Below, piece by piece: positions 1 through 9,665 of a stretch of 64,000 bases of DNA. The first letter of the stretch is position 1, and every line of letters starts with the position of its first letter. The position numbers and the translations under genes are program-made. This stretch comes from Terracidiphilus sp. (GTDB lineage: Bacteria > Acidobacteriota > Terriglobia > Terriglobales > Acidobacteriaceae), in assembly GCA_049518955.1 (NCBI GenBank), contig JBEKRG010000003.1, positions 1,443-65,442 on the forward strand, given 5' to 3'. The notes under the pieces are model-generated. The model did not search any database and was not told the DNA's origin. It worked only from the letters and a program-made list of their open reading frames with translations.

Positions 1-1227
1 AGTTCCAAAAATCACTCCTACCAGCGTTGCAGCGGTGAGGGCAATAAGCACCGACAGCCACGAGATCGGAAAGTCGTAGCCGCTGAAGACGCGGATGGAA
101 AATGGAATCGCGAGGCCCACGAGGCTGCCCACAATACCTCCGGTAATCGAGATGAGTACAGCTTCGGTGAGAAACTGAAGCTTGATCTCGCGGTAGGTGG
201 CGCCAAGCGCCTTTCGGATGCCGATCTCGCGAATGCGCGAACGGACATTGGCCAGCATGATGTTCATAATGCCCACGCCGCCAACGGCCAGTGTAACTGC
301 CGCTACCATGACCAGCACGGCCGTAAGAGCGTCGGCGATCTTTGCCGCCGTCACCAGTAGTTCGCTGAGCGTCTGTGCCTTATAGATCGAATTCGCGCGA
401 TGCCGGGGGCTGGAACTGATTACTTGCACAATCTCTCTCGCGGCCTCGGGCACTTCGTTCATGCTCTGCATGGAAAAGTAGATCTGATTCACATTCTCGG
501 TTCCCGTAAAGTAGCGCGCCACCGAATAGGGGACGAGCACGGTCTCGTCCTGGATCTCCGATTGCCCGAAGTCGGTCACGCTCTCTTTGAAGACTCCGAT
601 GATGGTGAAGGGAATGCCTAGAACCTGAAAGGTCTGGTCGATGGCCAGGTCATCGCCGCCATATTGTTCCTTGGCGAATTGCTGCGTCACCACCGCGCAA
701 TGGCAGTGAGTCGTGTCGTCCGTTTCATCGAAAAACCGGCCCTCGGTGACAATCAGATTGCGGATTTGCGGGTATTCCGGAGAGACGCCCAATACGAGCG
801 TGTCTCTCTGGATTCCGCCAGGAAAGCTGAGGCGGTTGTGCATCGTTAACACCGGCGAGGAATACATCACGCCTGGCACCTGCTGGTCTACGGCCTTCTC
901 GTCCTCGCGGGTCAGGAAGTCGTTGTAGCGCACCCGCTCCCCAGGCGTGGCGCCTCCGCCCGCGTACTCCACCTCTACGGTGTTGGTGCCGATCTTCTGG
1001 ATTAGCTCCTGGACGTATTGCTTGCCCGTCAATCCAATGGTCACCACCAGAATCACCGATGCCGTGCCAATCACCATACCTAGCGCGGTCAGAGCGAAGC
1101 GCGTTTTGCTGGCGCGAAAACTGTCTCCGGCCAGCTTCAAGATCTCGCTCATGAGCATGGTTCGGCGTGCGCTCACCAGAGTTTCCTGAAAAGTGTCCTC
1201 GCGCTCATGCTGGACGATCGGATTCAT
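1..1227 (-). CDS. ABC transporter permease, MacB/FtsX family (3' end runs off the window)
   Basis: Manual translation; absent from the ORF track because no stop lies inside the window. ATG at 1227 with an AGGAG SD: MNPIVQHEREDTFQETLVSARRTMLMSEILKLAGDSFRASKTRFALTALGMVIGTASVILVVTIG...GGVGIMNIMLANVRSRIREIGIRKALGATYREIKLQFLTEA, the MacB-type permease signature. Confidence 0.93.
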   Translation of the reverse strand, partial: MNPIVQHEREDTFQETLVSARRTMLMSEILKLAGDSFRASKTRFALTALGMVIGTASVILVVTIGLTGKQYVQELIQKIGTNTVEVEYAGGGATPGERVRYNDFLTREDEKAVDQQVPGVMYSSPVLTMHNRLSFPGGIQRDTLVLGVSPEYPQIRNLIVTEGRFFDETDDTTHCHCAVVTQQFAKEQYGGDDLAIDQTFQVLGIPFTIIGVFKESVTDFGQSEIQDETVLVPYSVARYFTGTENVNQIYFSMQSMNEVPEAAREIVQVISSSPRHRANSIYKAQTLSELLVTAAKIADALTAVLVMVAAVTLAVGGVGIMNIMLANVRSRIREIGIRKALGATYREIKLQFLTEAVLISITGGIVGSLVGLAIPFSIRVFSGYDFPISWLSVLIALTAATLVGVIFGT

Positions 1228-1374
1228 CGCTCTCCTGGTTAGACTCTCCCTGGTCCCTTGCGGGTTCCGGAATTTCGCAGCAAATCAAGGTTGAAAACCG
1301 GACTGTTGTTGCTCCCTGTCTCATAGCTTACGCGCAGGTCCTCTGGCAGGAAACTCTCCTCGGGAAACCATCTG

Positions 1375-2166
1375 TCACCTCTCGTTTAATCTGCGCCAAA
1401 GCGCGGCGAGAGCCTCAACGGGCACTGCCTCGGCTCGGGCCAGTGGATCGATTCCTGCGGCTGCCAGAGCGCCGGTTACTGCTCCCGGCGCCACTCCGGC
1501 AGCGCGTAGGTTGTTGGCCAGCGTCTTCCGCTTCTGTGCAAAAATCTGGCGCAGAAATCGGAAAAATTCGATTTCTGCAACGCCCAACTCAGCGAATCGC
1601 GGGGCGAACCGCCACCGAAAGACCGTGGAATGGACCTTTGGCGGCGGCGAAAAGGCCGACGGCGGCAGCGTGAAGAGCAGCTCCACCGGCCCGTACATCT
1701 GCATCGTCGCCGAAAGCAGGCCATAATCGCGCGTCCCCGGCGTGGCAGTCACTCGCTCGGCCACTTCGCGCTGCACCATCAGCACGGCAACGTCAATGGC
1801 AGCGTGGCTTGCCGCCAGCTTCAAAAGGATCGGTGAAGTAATCGCGTACGGCAGATTTCCCGCCACGCGCAGCTGCGATCCAGCCCTAGCTGCTTCGGCG
1901 GCAAAGTTGAATCGCAGCACGTCGTCCTCGACGACCTTTACCCGCGCCGGATCGAATTGCTCCCGAAGACCTGCTGCAAGCTCACGATCCAGCTCCACGG
2001 CCACAACGTGCCCGGCTTTTGAGGCCAAGGCTCCGGTAATCGCGCCCCTGCCGGGACCAATCTCAACGATTGTGCGGTCGGCAATCTCTCCCAATGCTGC
2101 CGCAATCCTTTGCGCTGCCTGTATGTCTACGAGAAAGTTCTGCCCGAGCTTTGGTTTTGCACGCAT
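1375..2166 (-). CDS. rsmA: 16S rRNA m6(2)A dimethyltransferase KsgA/RsmA
   Basis: MRAKPKLGQNFL, EIGPGRG, VELD and GNLPYAIT motifs. The upstream part of the 549-aa track ORF is antisense to tatD, so the start is trimmed to ATG 2166. Confidence 0.95.
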   Translation of the reverse strand: MRAKPKLGQNFLVDIQAAQRIAAALGEIADRTIVEIGPGRGAITGALASKAGHVVAVELDRELAAGLREQFDPARVKVVEDDVLRFNFAAEAARAGSQLRVAGNLPYAITSPILLKLAASHAAIDVAVLMVQREVAERVTATPGTRDYGLLSATMQMYGPVELLFTLPPSAFSPPPKVHSTVFRWRFAPRFAELGVAEIEFFRFLRQIFAQKRKTLANNLRAAGVAPGAVTGALAAAGIDPLARAEAVPVEALAALWRRLNER

Positions 2167-2295
2167 CTGCTGCTCCGATGGTAGACGAGCCGCCCACTTG
2201 CGACTGCGGGTCCGCACCCTTTCCGCCTGCCGCTTCTGCTGCACTAAACTGATCCTTGCTGACCCGAATTTCCCCATGCAACCCATGAGGCGCCA

Positions 2296-3135
2296 TTGCT
2301 GATCGACTCTCACGCCCACCTGGACAGCCCGCGCTACGCGGACGATCGTGAGGCCATGCTTCTCCGTGCACGGGCTGCAGGCGTCGGTGTCGTCCTCTCC
2401 ATCGGCATTGGCGAGGGGCCGGTCGAAATGCATCAGGCGCTCGACATTTGCCGCGAGTTCAACGCGCAGCGACAAAACGGCGCCAAACTTCCAAGGCTTT
2501 ACGCCAGCGCAGGAATCTATCCCCATAACACCCCCGAAGCCGACGCTGGCGCCCTGGCCAAACTCGATTCCCTCCTGGCCGAGCCGGAAGTGATCGCCTG
2601 CGGCGAAATCGGACTCGACTACTATCACGAAGGTGCTCCGCGCGACGAGCAGCGGAATGGTCTCATCCGCCAACTTGAGATCGCCGAAGCGCGCAAGCGG
2701 CCCATCCTGATCCATTGCCGCGGAACGAACGAGTCCACCGACGCATGGGACGATCTTTTCCAGGTTTTGGAGAAACATTGGCGGCCAACTGGACTTGGCG
2801 GAATCATGCACTGCTTTGGCGGTGGCTGGGACCAGGCTCGCAGCTCGCTGGACCTTGGCTTCCTGGTTTCGTTTGCCGGCAATCTCACCTATCCCAAGGC
2901 GCAGCCGCTTCGCGATGTTGCCGCCCGCATGCCTCTCGACAGCATCCTCGTGGAAACGGACGCCCCGTGGCTCGCACCCGCACCCCGTCGCGGCCAGCGC
3001 AATGAGCCCGCGCTTGTCGTGCAAACGGCTCAGGTCCTGGCCGGTCTACTCAACGCCAAGCCCAATGAAATCGCCGCCGCGACCACCACAAACTTCTTCC
3101 GGCTGTTTCATCTTCAGCCGGACGTGGGAAACTGA
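2296..3135 (+). CDS. tatD: TatD-family metal-dependent hydrolase/DNase
   Basis: DSHAH, GEIGLDY, IHCR, MHCF and ETDAP motifs; TTG start preceded by GAGG. Confidence 0.93.
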   Translation: MLIDSHAHLDSPRYADDREAMLLRARAAGVGVVLSIGIGEGPVEMHQALDICREFNAQRQNGAKLPRLYASAGIYPHNTPEADAGALAKLDSLLAEPEVIACGEIGLDYYHEGAPRDEQRNGLIRQLEIAEARKRPILIHCRGTNESTDAWDDLFQVLEKHWRPTGLGGIMHCFGGGWDQARSSLDLGFLVSFAGNLTYPKAQPLRDVAARMPLDSILVETDAPWLAPAPRRGQRNEPALVVQTAQVLAGLLNAKPNEIAAATTTNFFRLFHLQPDVGN

Positions 3136-3186
3136 TAGAGGCATAGTCGGCGGCAATTCGCCGGGCATTTTGAGGACGAGACAGCC

Positions 3187-3687
3187 ATGGCACAAGAAAA
3201 TTCATTCGACGTCGTGAGCAAGATCGATATGCAGGAGGCGCGCAACGCCATCGACCAGGCGATGAAGGAGATTCGCCAGCGTTTCGACTTGAAGGACACC
3301 CACTCCGAGGTCAACCTCGAAGGCCAGGACACAATCCAATTGGCTTCAAGCAACGAGTACAAGCTGGAGGCGGTCAAGGACATTCTCTGCCAAAAGCTGG
3401 TCAAACGCGGCGTCTCGCTCAAGAACCTGACCTACGGCAAGATTGAGCCCGCGACAGGCCAGAGCGTCCGGCAGAAGATCAGCCTTCAGCAAGGGATCCC
3501 CGTGGAAAAAGCAAAAGAGATCGTGCGCCTTGTAAAAGATTCGAAAAAGAAGGCGCAAGCCAGCATCCAGGGCGATACCGTAAGAATCTCCAGTAAGGAC
3601 CGGGACGAATTGCAGGCCATCATTGCCCTGCTGCGCGCTAAGGACCTCGGCTTGGAATTGCAGTTCACGAACTATCGCACCAACTGA
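3187..3687 (+). CDS. yajQ: YajQ family cyclic-di-GMP/nucleotide-binding protein
   Basis: N-terminal SFDVVSKID, QASIQGDTVRISSKDRDELQ, C-terminal LQFTNYR. Confidence 0.95.
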   Translation: MAQENSFDVVSKIDMQEARNAIDQAMKEIRQRFDLKDTHSEVNLEGQDTIQLASSNEYKLEAVKDILCQKLVKRGVSLKNLTYGKIEPATGQSVRQKISLQQGIPVEKAKEIVRLVKDSKKKAQASIQGDTVRISSKDRDELQAIIALLRAKDLGLELQFTNYRTN

Positions 3688-3797
3688 CCGGGTCGCTTTC
3701 TGTCCCCGTCTCAAGAGTTCGCCGCAGCGTGTAGAAGCGAGTCGCTGGGCAAAACAAATCGCCATTTCCCCTGTCGATGCATTAAAATCGGAGCACT

Positions 3798-4787
3798 TTG
3801 AGCACATCCTCCATAGTCTCGGCGCGGGAGGTCTTTGAGCTGCTGAGGGAGGACCTCGTCGCAGTGGAGCAGGAACTCGGCCGCGACGCCGCGTCCAGCG
3901 TCAGCACCATCACCGAGATTGCTGAGTATCTTCGTGAAGGCGGAGGCAAGCGCATCCGGCCCTCGCTCCTGCTGCTGGCCGCTCATCAACTGGATTACTT
4001 TGGCCATAGCGCCATCCGCCTTGGCGCGGTTGTCGAGATGGTGCATACGGCCACCCTTGTCCACGATGACATCATTGACGGTGCCGACACGCGCCGCGGC
4101 CGCCCTTCAGCCAATACCACTTGGGGCAATGAGAAGTGCGTTCTGGCCGGCGACTGGCTCTACATGCAGGCCTTCAAAGTGGCGCTCGAAGAGCGCAACC
4201 TGCGCGTGCTCGACCTGCTCATCAACCTCACGCAGCAGATGGTCGAGGGCGAGCTCCTTCAGATTCAGAAGCTTGGCAAGATGGTCTCTGAAGCGGAGTA
4301 CTACGACCTGATCTTCCGCAAGACCGCCTGCCTGTTCTCAGTCTCCATGCGCCTCGGAGCGGTCCTGGCCGGCGCCACCGAGGCCGAGGAATCTAGCCTG
4401 GGCTCCTTTGGCCGCGCCGTCGGCCTCGCCTTCCAGATTGTCGACGACGTCCTTGACCTTACGGCCACCGAGGAGGTTCTTGGCAAGCCCGTGGCAAGCG
4501 ACCTGCGCGAAGGCAAGGCCACTCTGGCCGTCGTCCACGCCGCCGATCACGGTACCGCCTCCGACCGCAAAGCCATCCGGCGCGTCCTGGACGACCGCAG
4601 CTTTGAGAATGTCAGCCGCCAGCAAATCCGTGAAATTCTGGTGCGCAACGGTTCGGTCGAATACGCAATGGCCGCTGCCGACCGCTATGCCGAGCAGTCG
4701 CGTCAGGCTCTTGCCCCGCTCGCCGACAGCGACTTCAAGCGTGCTCTTCTCTGGGTGCCCGATTTTGTGGTGGCGCGGGAGAAGTAA
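3798..4787 (+). CDS. ispB: Long-chain trans-polyprenyl diphosphate synthase (IspB/HepT-like)
   Basis: GGKRIRP, FARM LVHDDIID and SARM FQIVDDVLD. Ala five residues before the FARM is consistent with a long-chain product. Confidence 0.9.
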   Translation: MSTSSIVSAREVFELLREDLVAVEQELGRDAASSVSTITEIAEYLREGGGKRIRPSLLLLAAHQLDYFGHSAIRLGAVVEMVHTATLVHDDIIDGADTRRGRPSANTTWGNEKCVLAGDWLYMQAFKVALEERNLRVLDLLINLTQQMVEGELLQIQKLGKMVSEAEYYDLIFRKTACLFSVSMRLGAVLAGATEAEESSLGSFGRAVGLAFQIVDDVLDLTATEEVLGKPVASDLREGKATLAVVHAADHGTASDRKAIRRVLDDRSFENVSRQQIREILVRNGSVEYAMAAADRYAEQSRQALAPLADSDFKRALLWVPDFVVAREK

Positions 4788-5471
4788 ATGCCGCGCAAAC
4801 CCATCAGAGAACCGTTGTGGACCTCGGTCGACCGCTATTTTGGCGATCTGCTCGCTCCCTCCGACGACAAGCTCGAAGCCGCCGTCAAGGCCAACCGCAA
4901 GGCTCGCCTGCCCGCCATCGATGTTTCTCCGCTCCAGGGCAAGTTTCTCCAGGTGCTCGTTCAGATAACGCAAGCAAAGCGCGTTCTGGAGATCGGCACG
5001 CTCGGCGGCTACTCCACAATCTGGATGGCCCGCGCATTGCCCAAAGGCGGGCGTATTATCTCGCTCGAATTCAGCGCCCGGCACGCTGAAGTGGCTCGCG
5101 CCAACATTCACTCAGCCGGCCTGCTCAGCCGCGTTGAGATTCGCGTCGGGCCCGCCCTCGAATGCCTTCCCAGGCTGAAAGCCTCCGGCGCCGGTCCCTT
5201 CGACCTGATCTTCATTGACGCCGACAAGGAGAACAACCCGCACTATCTTCGATGGGCGCTCAAACTCTCGCATCGCGGAACAGTCATCGTGATCGATAAC
5301 GTCGTTCGCCACGGCAGTGTCATCGAGGCCAAAAGCTCCGAGCCCGACGTTGTCGGCACGCGCCGCTGCCTCGAGATGATGGCGCGTGAGCCGCGCCTGA
5401 GCGCCGTTGCTCTGCAAACCGTAGGCGTCAAGGGCCTCGACGGCTTCGCGATGGCAGTCGTGCTGCGCTGA
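4788..5471 (+). CDS. Class I SAM-dependent O-methyltransferase (caffeoyl-CoA OMT-like)
   Basis: LEIGTLGGYS, FDLIFIDADKENNPHY, IDNVVR; starts immediately after the synthase stop. Confidence 0.9.
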   Translation: MPRKPIREPLWTSVDRYFGDLLAPSDDKLEAAVKANRKARLPAIDVSPLQGKFLQVLVQITQAKRVLEIGTLGGYSTIWMARALPKGGRIISLEFSARHAEVARANIHSAGLLSRVEIRVGPALECLPRLKASGAGPFDLIFIDADKENNPHYLRWALKLSHRGTVIVIDNVVRHGSVIEAKSSEPDVVGTRRCLEMMAREPRLSAVALQTVGVKGLDGFAMAVVLR

Positions 5472-5477
5472 GCTGCT

Positions 5478-5888
5478 TTACGCGTCCTGCACAATCGTTC
5501 CCTGGTGGTAAACGATCTTCCAGCCGTCCGCAGTTTGCTGCCAAATCGTTGCCCTTCGCGTCAGTCGCTGCTTGTCCTGCAGCAGCGTATAGATGAGCAA
5601 ATAGGTCTCCGGACCCAGCCTGCGGCAATAGAAGTCTCTCGCCTCCCAGACGTCTTCATGTGGCTCGGAGAATCGCCGCTCCAGTTCATCCAGCACGGAT
5701 TCGCGGGAGTATCTCCGTCCGCTGGCGCCGGTCTCCCAGAAATCCCCCGCGGTCATTCGCTCAAAATCCGCCCGCGAAGCTCCGAACTCGGGGTGGTGAA
5801 AGATCGGTTCGCGTGCAGAGAGCTCGGCAAGCACCTCCTGCAACTCCGGCGCAGTGGCGAGACTGGGTTCCTTGAAGTTGGGTTCCAT
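5478..5888 (-). CDS. DUF4440/NTF2-like (SnoaL-fold) protein
   Basis: REPIFHHPE, FWETGASGRRYSRE and RRATIW...WKIVYHQGT pattern; start trimmed to ATG 5888. Confidence 0.75.
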   Translation of the reverse strand: MEPNFKEPSLATAPELQEVLAELSAREPIFHHPEFGASRADFERMTAGDFWETGASGRRYSRESVLDELERRFSEPHEDVWEARDFYCRRLGPETYLLIYTLLQDKQRLTRRATIWQQTADGWKIVYHQGTIVQDA

Positions 5889-5993
5889 GGCCAATAGCAT
5901 AGATGCTCGCTCGCCGGAAACCCGCCCAGGGCCGGGAAAAATGCCTCGAAAGCCTCGGCAATCCTGCCCATGCGGCGTAGAATTCTGTCCAAC

Positions 5994-6485
5994 ATGAATC
6001 AGCGAATCGAGAAAATACGCCAGCTCCTCAACGAGCTTGAGTCGGAGCCCGGAACGCAATCCGCGGGCGATCGCGATTTCTCCGCTTCGGAACTACCGCT
6101 CATCATTCAGCAAATCGTCGACGACTTGCAGCCGCAGCTCTCTCCTTACGACGCCGCGTTCTACTGGTTTCTCTTCCGCCACTCCATCGCCAAAGATAGC
6201 GATCCTCATCTTCGCGTAAGCACGCGGCAGTTGCAGACGGCCGTCGTCAAATCTTCTTACTCGCAGCTCGACGACAACCCGGTCTCGCTGGGCAAGGTGC
6301 AGGACACCTTGCGCGCCCTCGAAACCATTGGCGCCATTCGCAAGGAAGGCGAACCCAATCGCGACGGCACGCTCTACCGCGTCATGATCCCTGATGAGAT
6401 TGAAGCTTGCCGGAATTTCCGCATGGAGCGCTTGGCCGATAACCAGCAACTGAAATTCCCGTCGTCGGGAATCGAGATCGGATGA
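5994..6485 (+). CDS. Hypothetical protein with probable winged-helix domain, possibly C-terminally truncated
   Basis: ORF from ATG 5994. YDAAFYWFLFRH...VSTRQL...KVQDTLRALETIGAIRKEG...GTLYRVMIP reads as helix-turn-helix plus wing. Confidence 0.65.
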   Translation: MNQRIEKIRQLLNELESEPGTQSAGDRDFSASELPLIIQQIVDDLQPQLSPYDAAFYWFLFRHSIAKDSDPHLRVSTRQLQTAVVKSSYSQLDDNPVSLGKVQDTLRALETIGAIRKEGEPNRDGTLYRVMIPDEIEACRNFRMERLADNQQLKFPSSGIEIG

Positions 6486-6525
6486 TCTTCAAAAGGATCT
6501 TGCAATCTGAATTTCGCAGCGCAAT

Positions 6526-6957
6526 TTAGATTGCGCCCTCTTTCATCAGCGTCCTTAAAGCTGCCTCATACTTCTCGGGCAGAGATTTCCGCTGCAATTG
6601 GTCGTCGCAAACCACATGTACCGTCTCGCCTTCGGCCAGGAGCGCATGCTCTTCGCCTTCGCGGGCTTTGCGCAGGATGCGGTATGAGAACTTGAGAACC
6701 GTGCCGCGCAACATCGCAGGCCGCGTCTCAATCAGGATTTCGTCGTCATAGCGTGCCGGCGATTTATAGCGGCAGGAAACGTCGATCACCGGTAGAATGC
6801 ATCCGTGATCGGTCTCCAGGCGGCTATAGGCAAGCCCGATTGACCGCAGAAGCTCGACGCGGCCAAGCTCAAACCAGACCAGGTAGTTGGCATAATAAAC
6901 AATGCCCATCTGGTCGGTCTCGGCGTACCGTACCCGCACCTGCGTCGTTACTGGCAT
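6526..6957 (-). CDS. Acyl-CoA thioesterase, YbgC/FadM family
   Basis: VRVRYAETDQMGIVYYANYLVWFELGR hot-dog-fold signature; start trimmed to ATG 6957. Confidence 0.92.
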   Translation of the reverse strand: MPVTTQVRVRYAETDQMGIVYYANYLVWFELGRVELLRSIGLAYSRLETDHGCILPVIDVSCRYKSPARYDDEILIETRPAMLRGTVLKFSYRILRKAREGEEHALLAEGETVHVVCDDQLQRKSLPEKYEAALRTLMKEGAI

Positions 6958-7057
6958 ATCGTTGTGTCCCGTAGACCGTGAATCGCTAAGATGACCTGCA
7001 ATCGGCCAACGTGGCACGTCGCCGTTCACGGTTCACGATACTCACTGTTCAGAGCCT

Positions 7058-8437
7058 TCACGGCTTGACGTGCATGAATACTTGCAGCTTGCTCACGTCG
7101 TTGAAGATGGTGAAGGCGATGAACGCCATGATCACCACAAAGGCTGCCGTATAGATTCGCTCTTTGATGACCAGACTGATGTCATGGCGCAGCACGCTCT
7201 CAATCAGAAGCAGCAGGATCATCCCTCCATCGAGGATGGGGAAGGGAAACAGATTGAGCATTCCCAGTTGCAGGCTGATCTCCGCAGCCAAACCGAATTT
7301 TGGGTACCAGCCGTCCATTTGGGCTGCTTCGCCGGCCGCCTTGGCAATTCCCACCGGGCCCATCATCTGTGTGACCGACAGCCGGTGCGTAAACAGCCGG
7401 TCCAGCACCTCGCCCACAAGCAGAGCATTATCCCTGAAGAATCCCAGTGACTTGCCAGCCGCCGAAACCAGCGACAAAGGCTCATCGCGGATGGGAGTCG
7501 GCGTCGTTGAAAAGCCCAGCATATATCTCGTGTCGAGCTTCTCGGGCGTGGCCACAATCTGGAGTGTTGCGCCATTGCGCAGCACGGTCAGCGTCATTGG
7601 CTTGCCCTTCCCCGCCTGCATGTAAGCCAGCAAGGTATTTACAGAGTGGAACGCATTCCCGTCAACCGCCTCGATGGCATCGCCGTTTTGAAGCCCCGCC
7701 TGCGCGGCTGGCATGCCAGGTTGCACCTCCGCTACCGCAATGGGACCGGGCAGGAACTGCGGCGATATGCCCATATCGCTCAGCTCAAAGCTGTCGCTCT
7801 TGGCGCTGGATGGCACAAACAGGCTCATCAAGATCGTCTTTCCGCCACGATCCACCGCAACTGGCACCGTCTGATTTGCATTCAACCGGGCATGGTCGTA
7901 AACGCCTTCCCAGTCGGGATTCTTGACGTTGTCGAAGCTCACAATCAGGTCGCCGGTCTCAAGCCCCGCCGTCGCCGCGTCCGAGCCAGGAGTAACCCAC
8001 TCCACCGTGGTCGTCTTCACGGTGACTGACGGAACTTCGTTGATGAAGGCGAAGTAAAACCACATCAGCCCGAGCGTCAGCAGAAAGTTGAAGAAGGGAC
8101 CGGCAAGCCCGATCAGCATCCGTTGCCAGCGGGGGCGGGCTGTGAATGCCCTGGGGTCGTTTGCCGCCCCATCGCCATCCATTTCTGAAGGACTGCCGGT
8201 GAGCCCGGACTCGGTCTCTCCGGTCATCTTCACAAAGCCACCGAGAGGCAGTAGGCAGACCTTGTAGTCCGTCTCACCGATCTTGAAGCCGAACAGGCGC
8301 GGTCCAAAGCCGAAAGAGAACGCCTCGACGCGCACATTGCAGAGCTTGGCGACGACGAAGTGCCCCAACTCGTGCACGACCACCATCACGCCGATCAGGA
8401 CGATAAATGCTGCGGCAGAAACCAGAAAATTATGCAT
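7058..8437 (-). CDS. rseP: Site-2 intramembrane metalloprotease RseP with two PDZ domains
   Basis: HELGH zinc motif, NLFPFPILDGG, two PDZ-like segments; follows dxr. Confidence 0.95.
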   Translation of the reverse strand: MHNFLVSAAAFIVLIGVMVVVHELGHFVVAKLCNVRVEAFSFGFGPRLFGFKIGETDYKVCLLPLGGFVKMTGETESGLTGSPSEMDGDGAANDPRAFTARPRWQRMLIGLAGPFFNFLLTLGLMWFYFAFINEVPSVTVKTTTVEWVTPGSDAATAGLETGDLIVSFDNVKNPDWEGVYDHARLNANQTVPVAVDRGGKTILMSLFVPSSAKSDSFELSDMGISPQFLPGPIAVAEVQPGMPAAQAGLQNGDAIEAVDGNAFHSVNTLLAYMQAGKGKPMTLTVLRNGATLQIVATPEKLDTRYMLGFSTTPTPIRDEPLSLVSAAGKSLGFFRDNALLVGEVLDRLFTHRLSVTQMMGPVGIAKAAGEAAQMDGWYPKFGLAAEISLQLGMLNLFPFPILDGGMILLLLIESVLRHDISLVIKERIYTAAFVVIMAFIAFTIFNDVSKLQVFMHVKP

Positions 8438-8488
8438 GGTTGTGCGGTTAGTTCCTTCGGCAAAGCACGGCCTGCCGGCTTCGGCTCA

Positions 8489-9649
8489 TTAAGCTGACGC
8501 AAGCAACGCTCGGGCCCGTTCTCGAGCCTCCTGGTCGGCTGCGAGCACCTCCGCGATTGTGGCGGGGTGGGCCTCCGGGGTTGCTGCGAGTACTTTTTCA
8601 ATTGTACCCGGGATGCCGGTAAAGGGAACACGTCGTTCGAGGAAGGCTCCAACGGCCACTTCGTCGGCAGCGTTCAGGGCTATGCAATGCGCGCCACCTT
8701 TTTCGGCCGCCTCAAACGCCAGCCTCAGGCAAGGGAACCGCTCGAAATCCGGCTCCTCAAAATCGAGGTGCCTTAGCGCTGCCAGGTCGAAGGTGAGTGT
8801 GGATTTAGGCCGTTCCGGCCATGCCAGCGCATACAGGATGGGCAGCCGCATATCGGTCACTGAAATCTGCGCCAGGATCGACCCGTCCACATACTCCACC
8901 ATCGAGTGCACCGTCGATTGGGGATGGATGGTCACCCGCACCTGGGGGGGCGTCACGTCGAACAGCCTGCAAGCCTCGATGACCTCGAGGCCTTTATTGA
9001 GCATCGTCGCCGAGTCGATCGTGATGCGCCGGCCCATCACCCACGTTGGATGCTTCAGTGCCTGCTCGGGCGTGATGCTCGCGAATTGCTCCAGCGGAAG
9101 CTGGCGGAACGGCCCTCCAGACGCAGTCAGCCAGATCGTCTTCACCTCGTCGTGCGCGCCAACTCGCAGGCATTGGTGGACTGCGTTGTGCTCGCTGTCG
9201 ATGGGCAGGATGGGCACCTTGCGCTCGCGCGCAGCCGCGGTCAGGATCTCCCCGGCGGCCACCATGCACTCTTTGTTGGCCAGGCCCACTGGTTTTCCCG
9301 CCAGGATGGCGGCGTGCGTTGCTTCGAGCCCGGCCACGCCAACAATAGCCGACACCACAAAGTCGGCTTCGGGCAGAGTCGAGCAGGCAATCGTGCCCGC
9401 GGTCCCGTGAACCACCTCGACCCCGCTCACGCCCGCTTGGCGCAGACGCGCAGCCAACACGCCTGCCAGCTCGGCAGTGCCGAGCGACACCATGCGCGGC
9501 CTCCAGCGCACAACCTGCGCAAATGACTCATCTACGTTGCGGCCCGCAGCCAGAGCGGCCACTTGGTAGCGCTCTGGAAACTGCTCAACGATGGAGAGGG
9601 TGCTCTGCCCGATGGAGCCCGTGGAACCGAGAATGGCGAGTCGCTTCAA
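8489..9649 (-). CDS. dxr: 1-deoxy-D-xylulose 5-phosphate reductoisomerase
   Basis: LGSTGSIG, LANKE, PIDSEH, HPTWVMGRRITIDSATMLNKGLE. Confidence 0.98.
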   Translation of the reverse strand: MKRLAILGSTGSIGQSTLSIVEQFPERYQVAALAAGRNVDESFAQVVRWRPRMVSLGTAELAGVLAARLRQAGVSGVEVVHGTAGTIACSTLPEADFVVSAIVGVAGLEATHAAILAGKPVGLANKECMVAAGEILTAAARERKVPILPIDSEHNAVHQCLRVGAHDEVKTIWLTASGGPFRQLPLEQFASITPEQALKHPTWVMGRRITIDSATMLNKGLEVIEACRLFDVTPPQVRVTIHPQSTVHSMVEYVDGSILAQISVTDMRLPILYALAWPERPKSTLTFDLAALRHLDFEEPDFERFPCLRLAFEAAEKGGAHCIALNAADEVAVGAFLERRVPFTGIPGTIEKVLAATPEAHPATIAEVLAADQEARERARALLASA

Positions 9650-9665
9650 GGTGATTGCAGTTATT

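Noticed and set aside
1178-1357. 11-bp inverted repeat AGAGTTTCCTG/CAGGAAACTCT around 180 bp (MITE-like)
   Set aside because: One arm lies inside the N-terminal coding region of the ABC permease (start 1227) and no target-site duplication is seen; probably chance.
2167-3024. 285-aa N-terminal extension of the 549-aa rsmA ORF
   Set aside because: It is largely the antisense of tatD; RsmA homology starts at ATG 2166.
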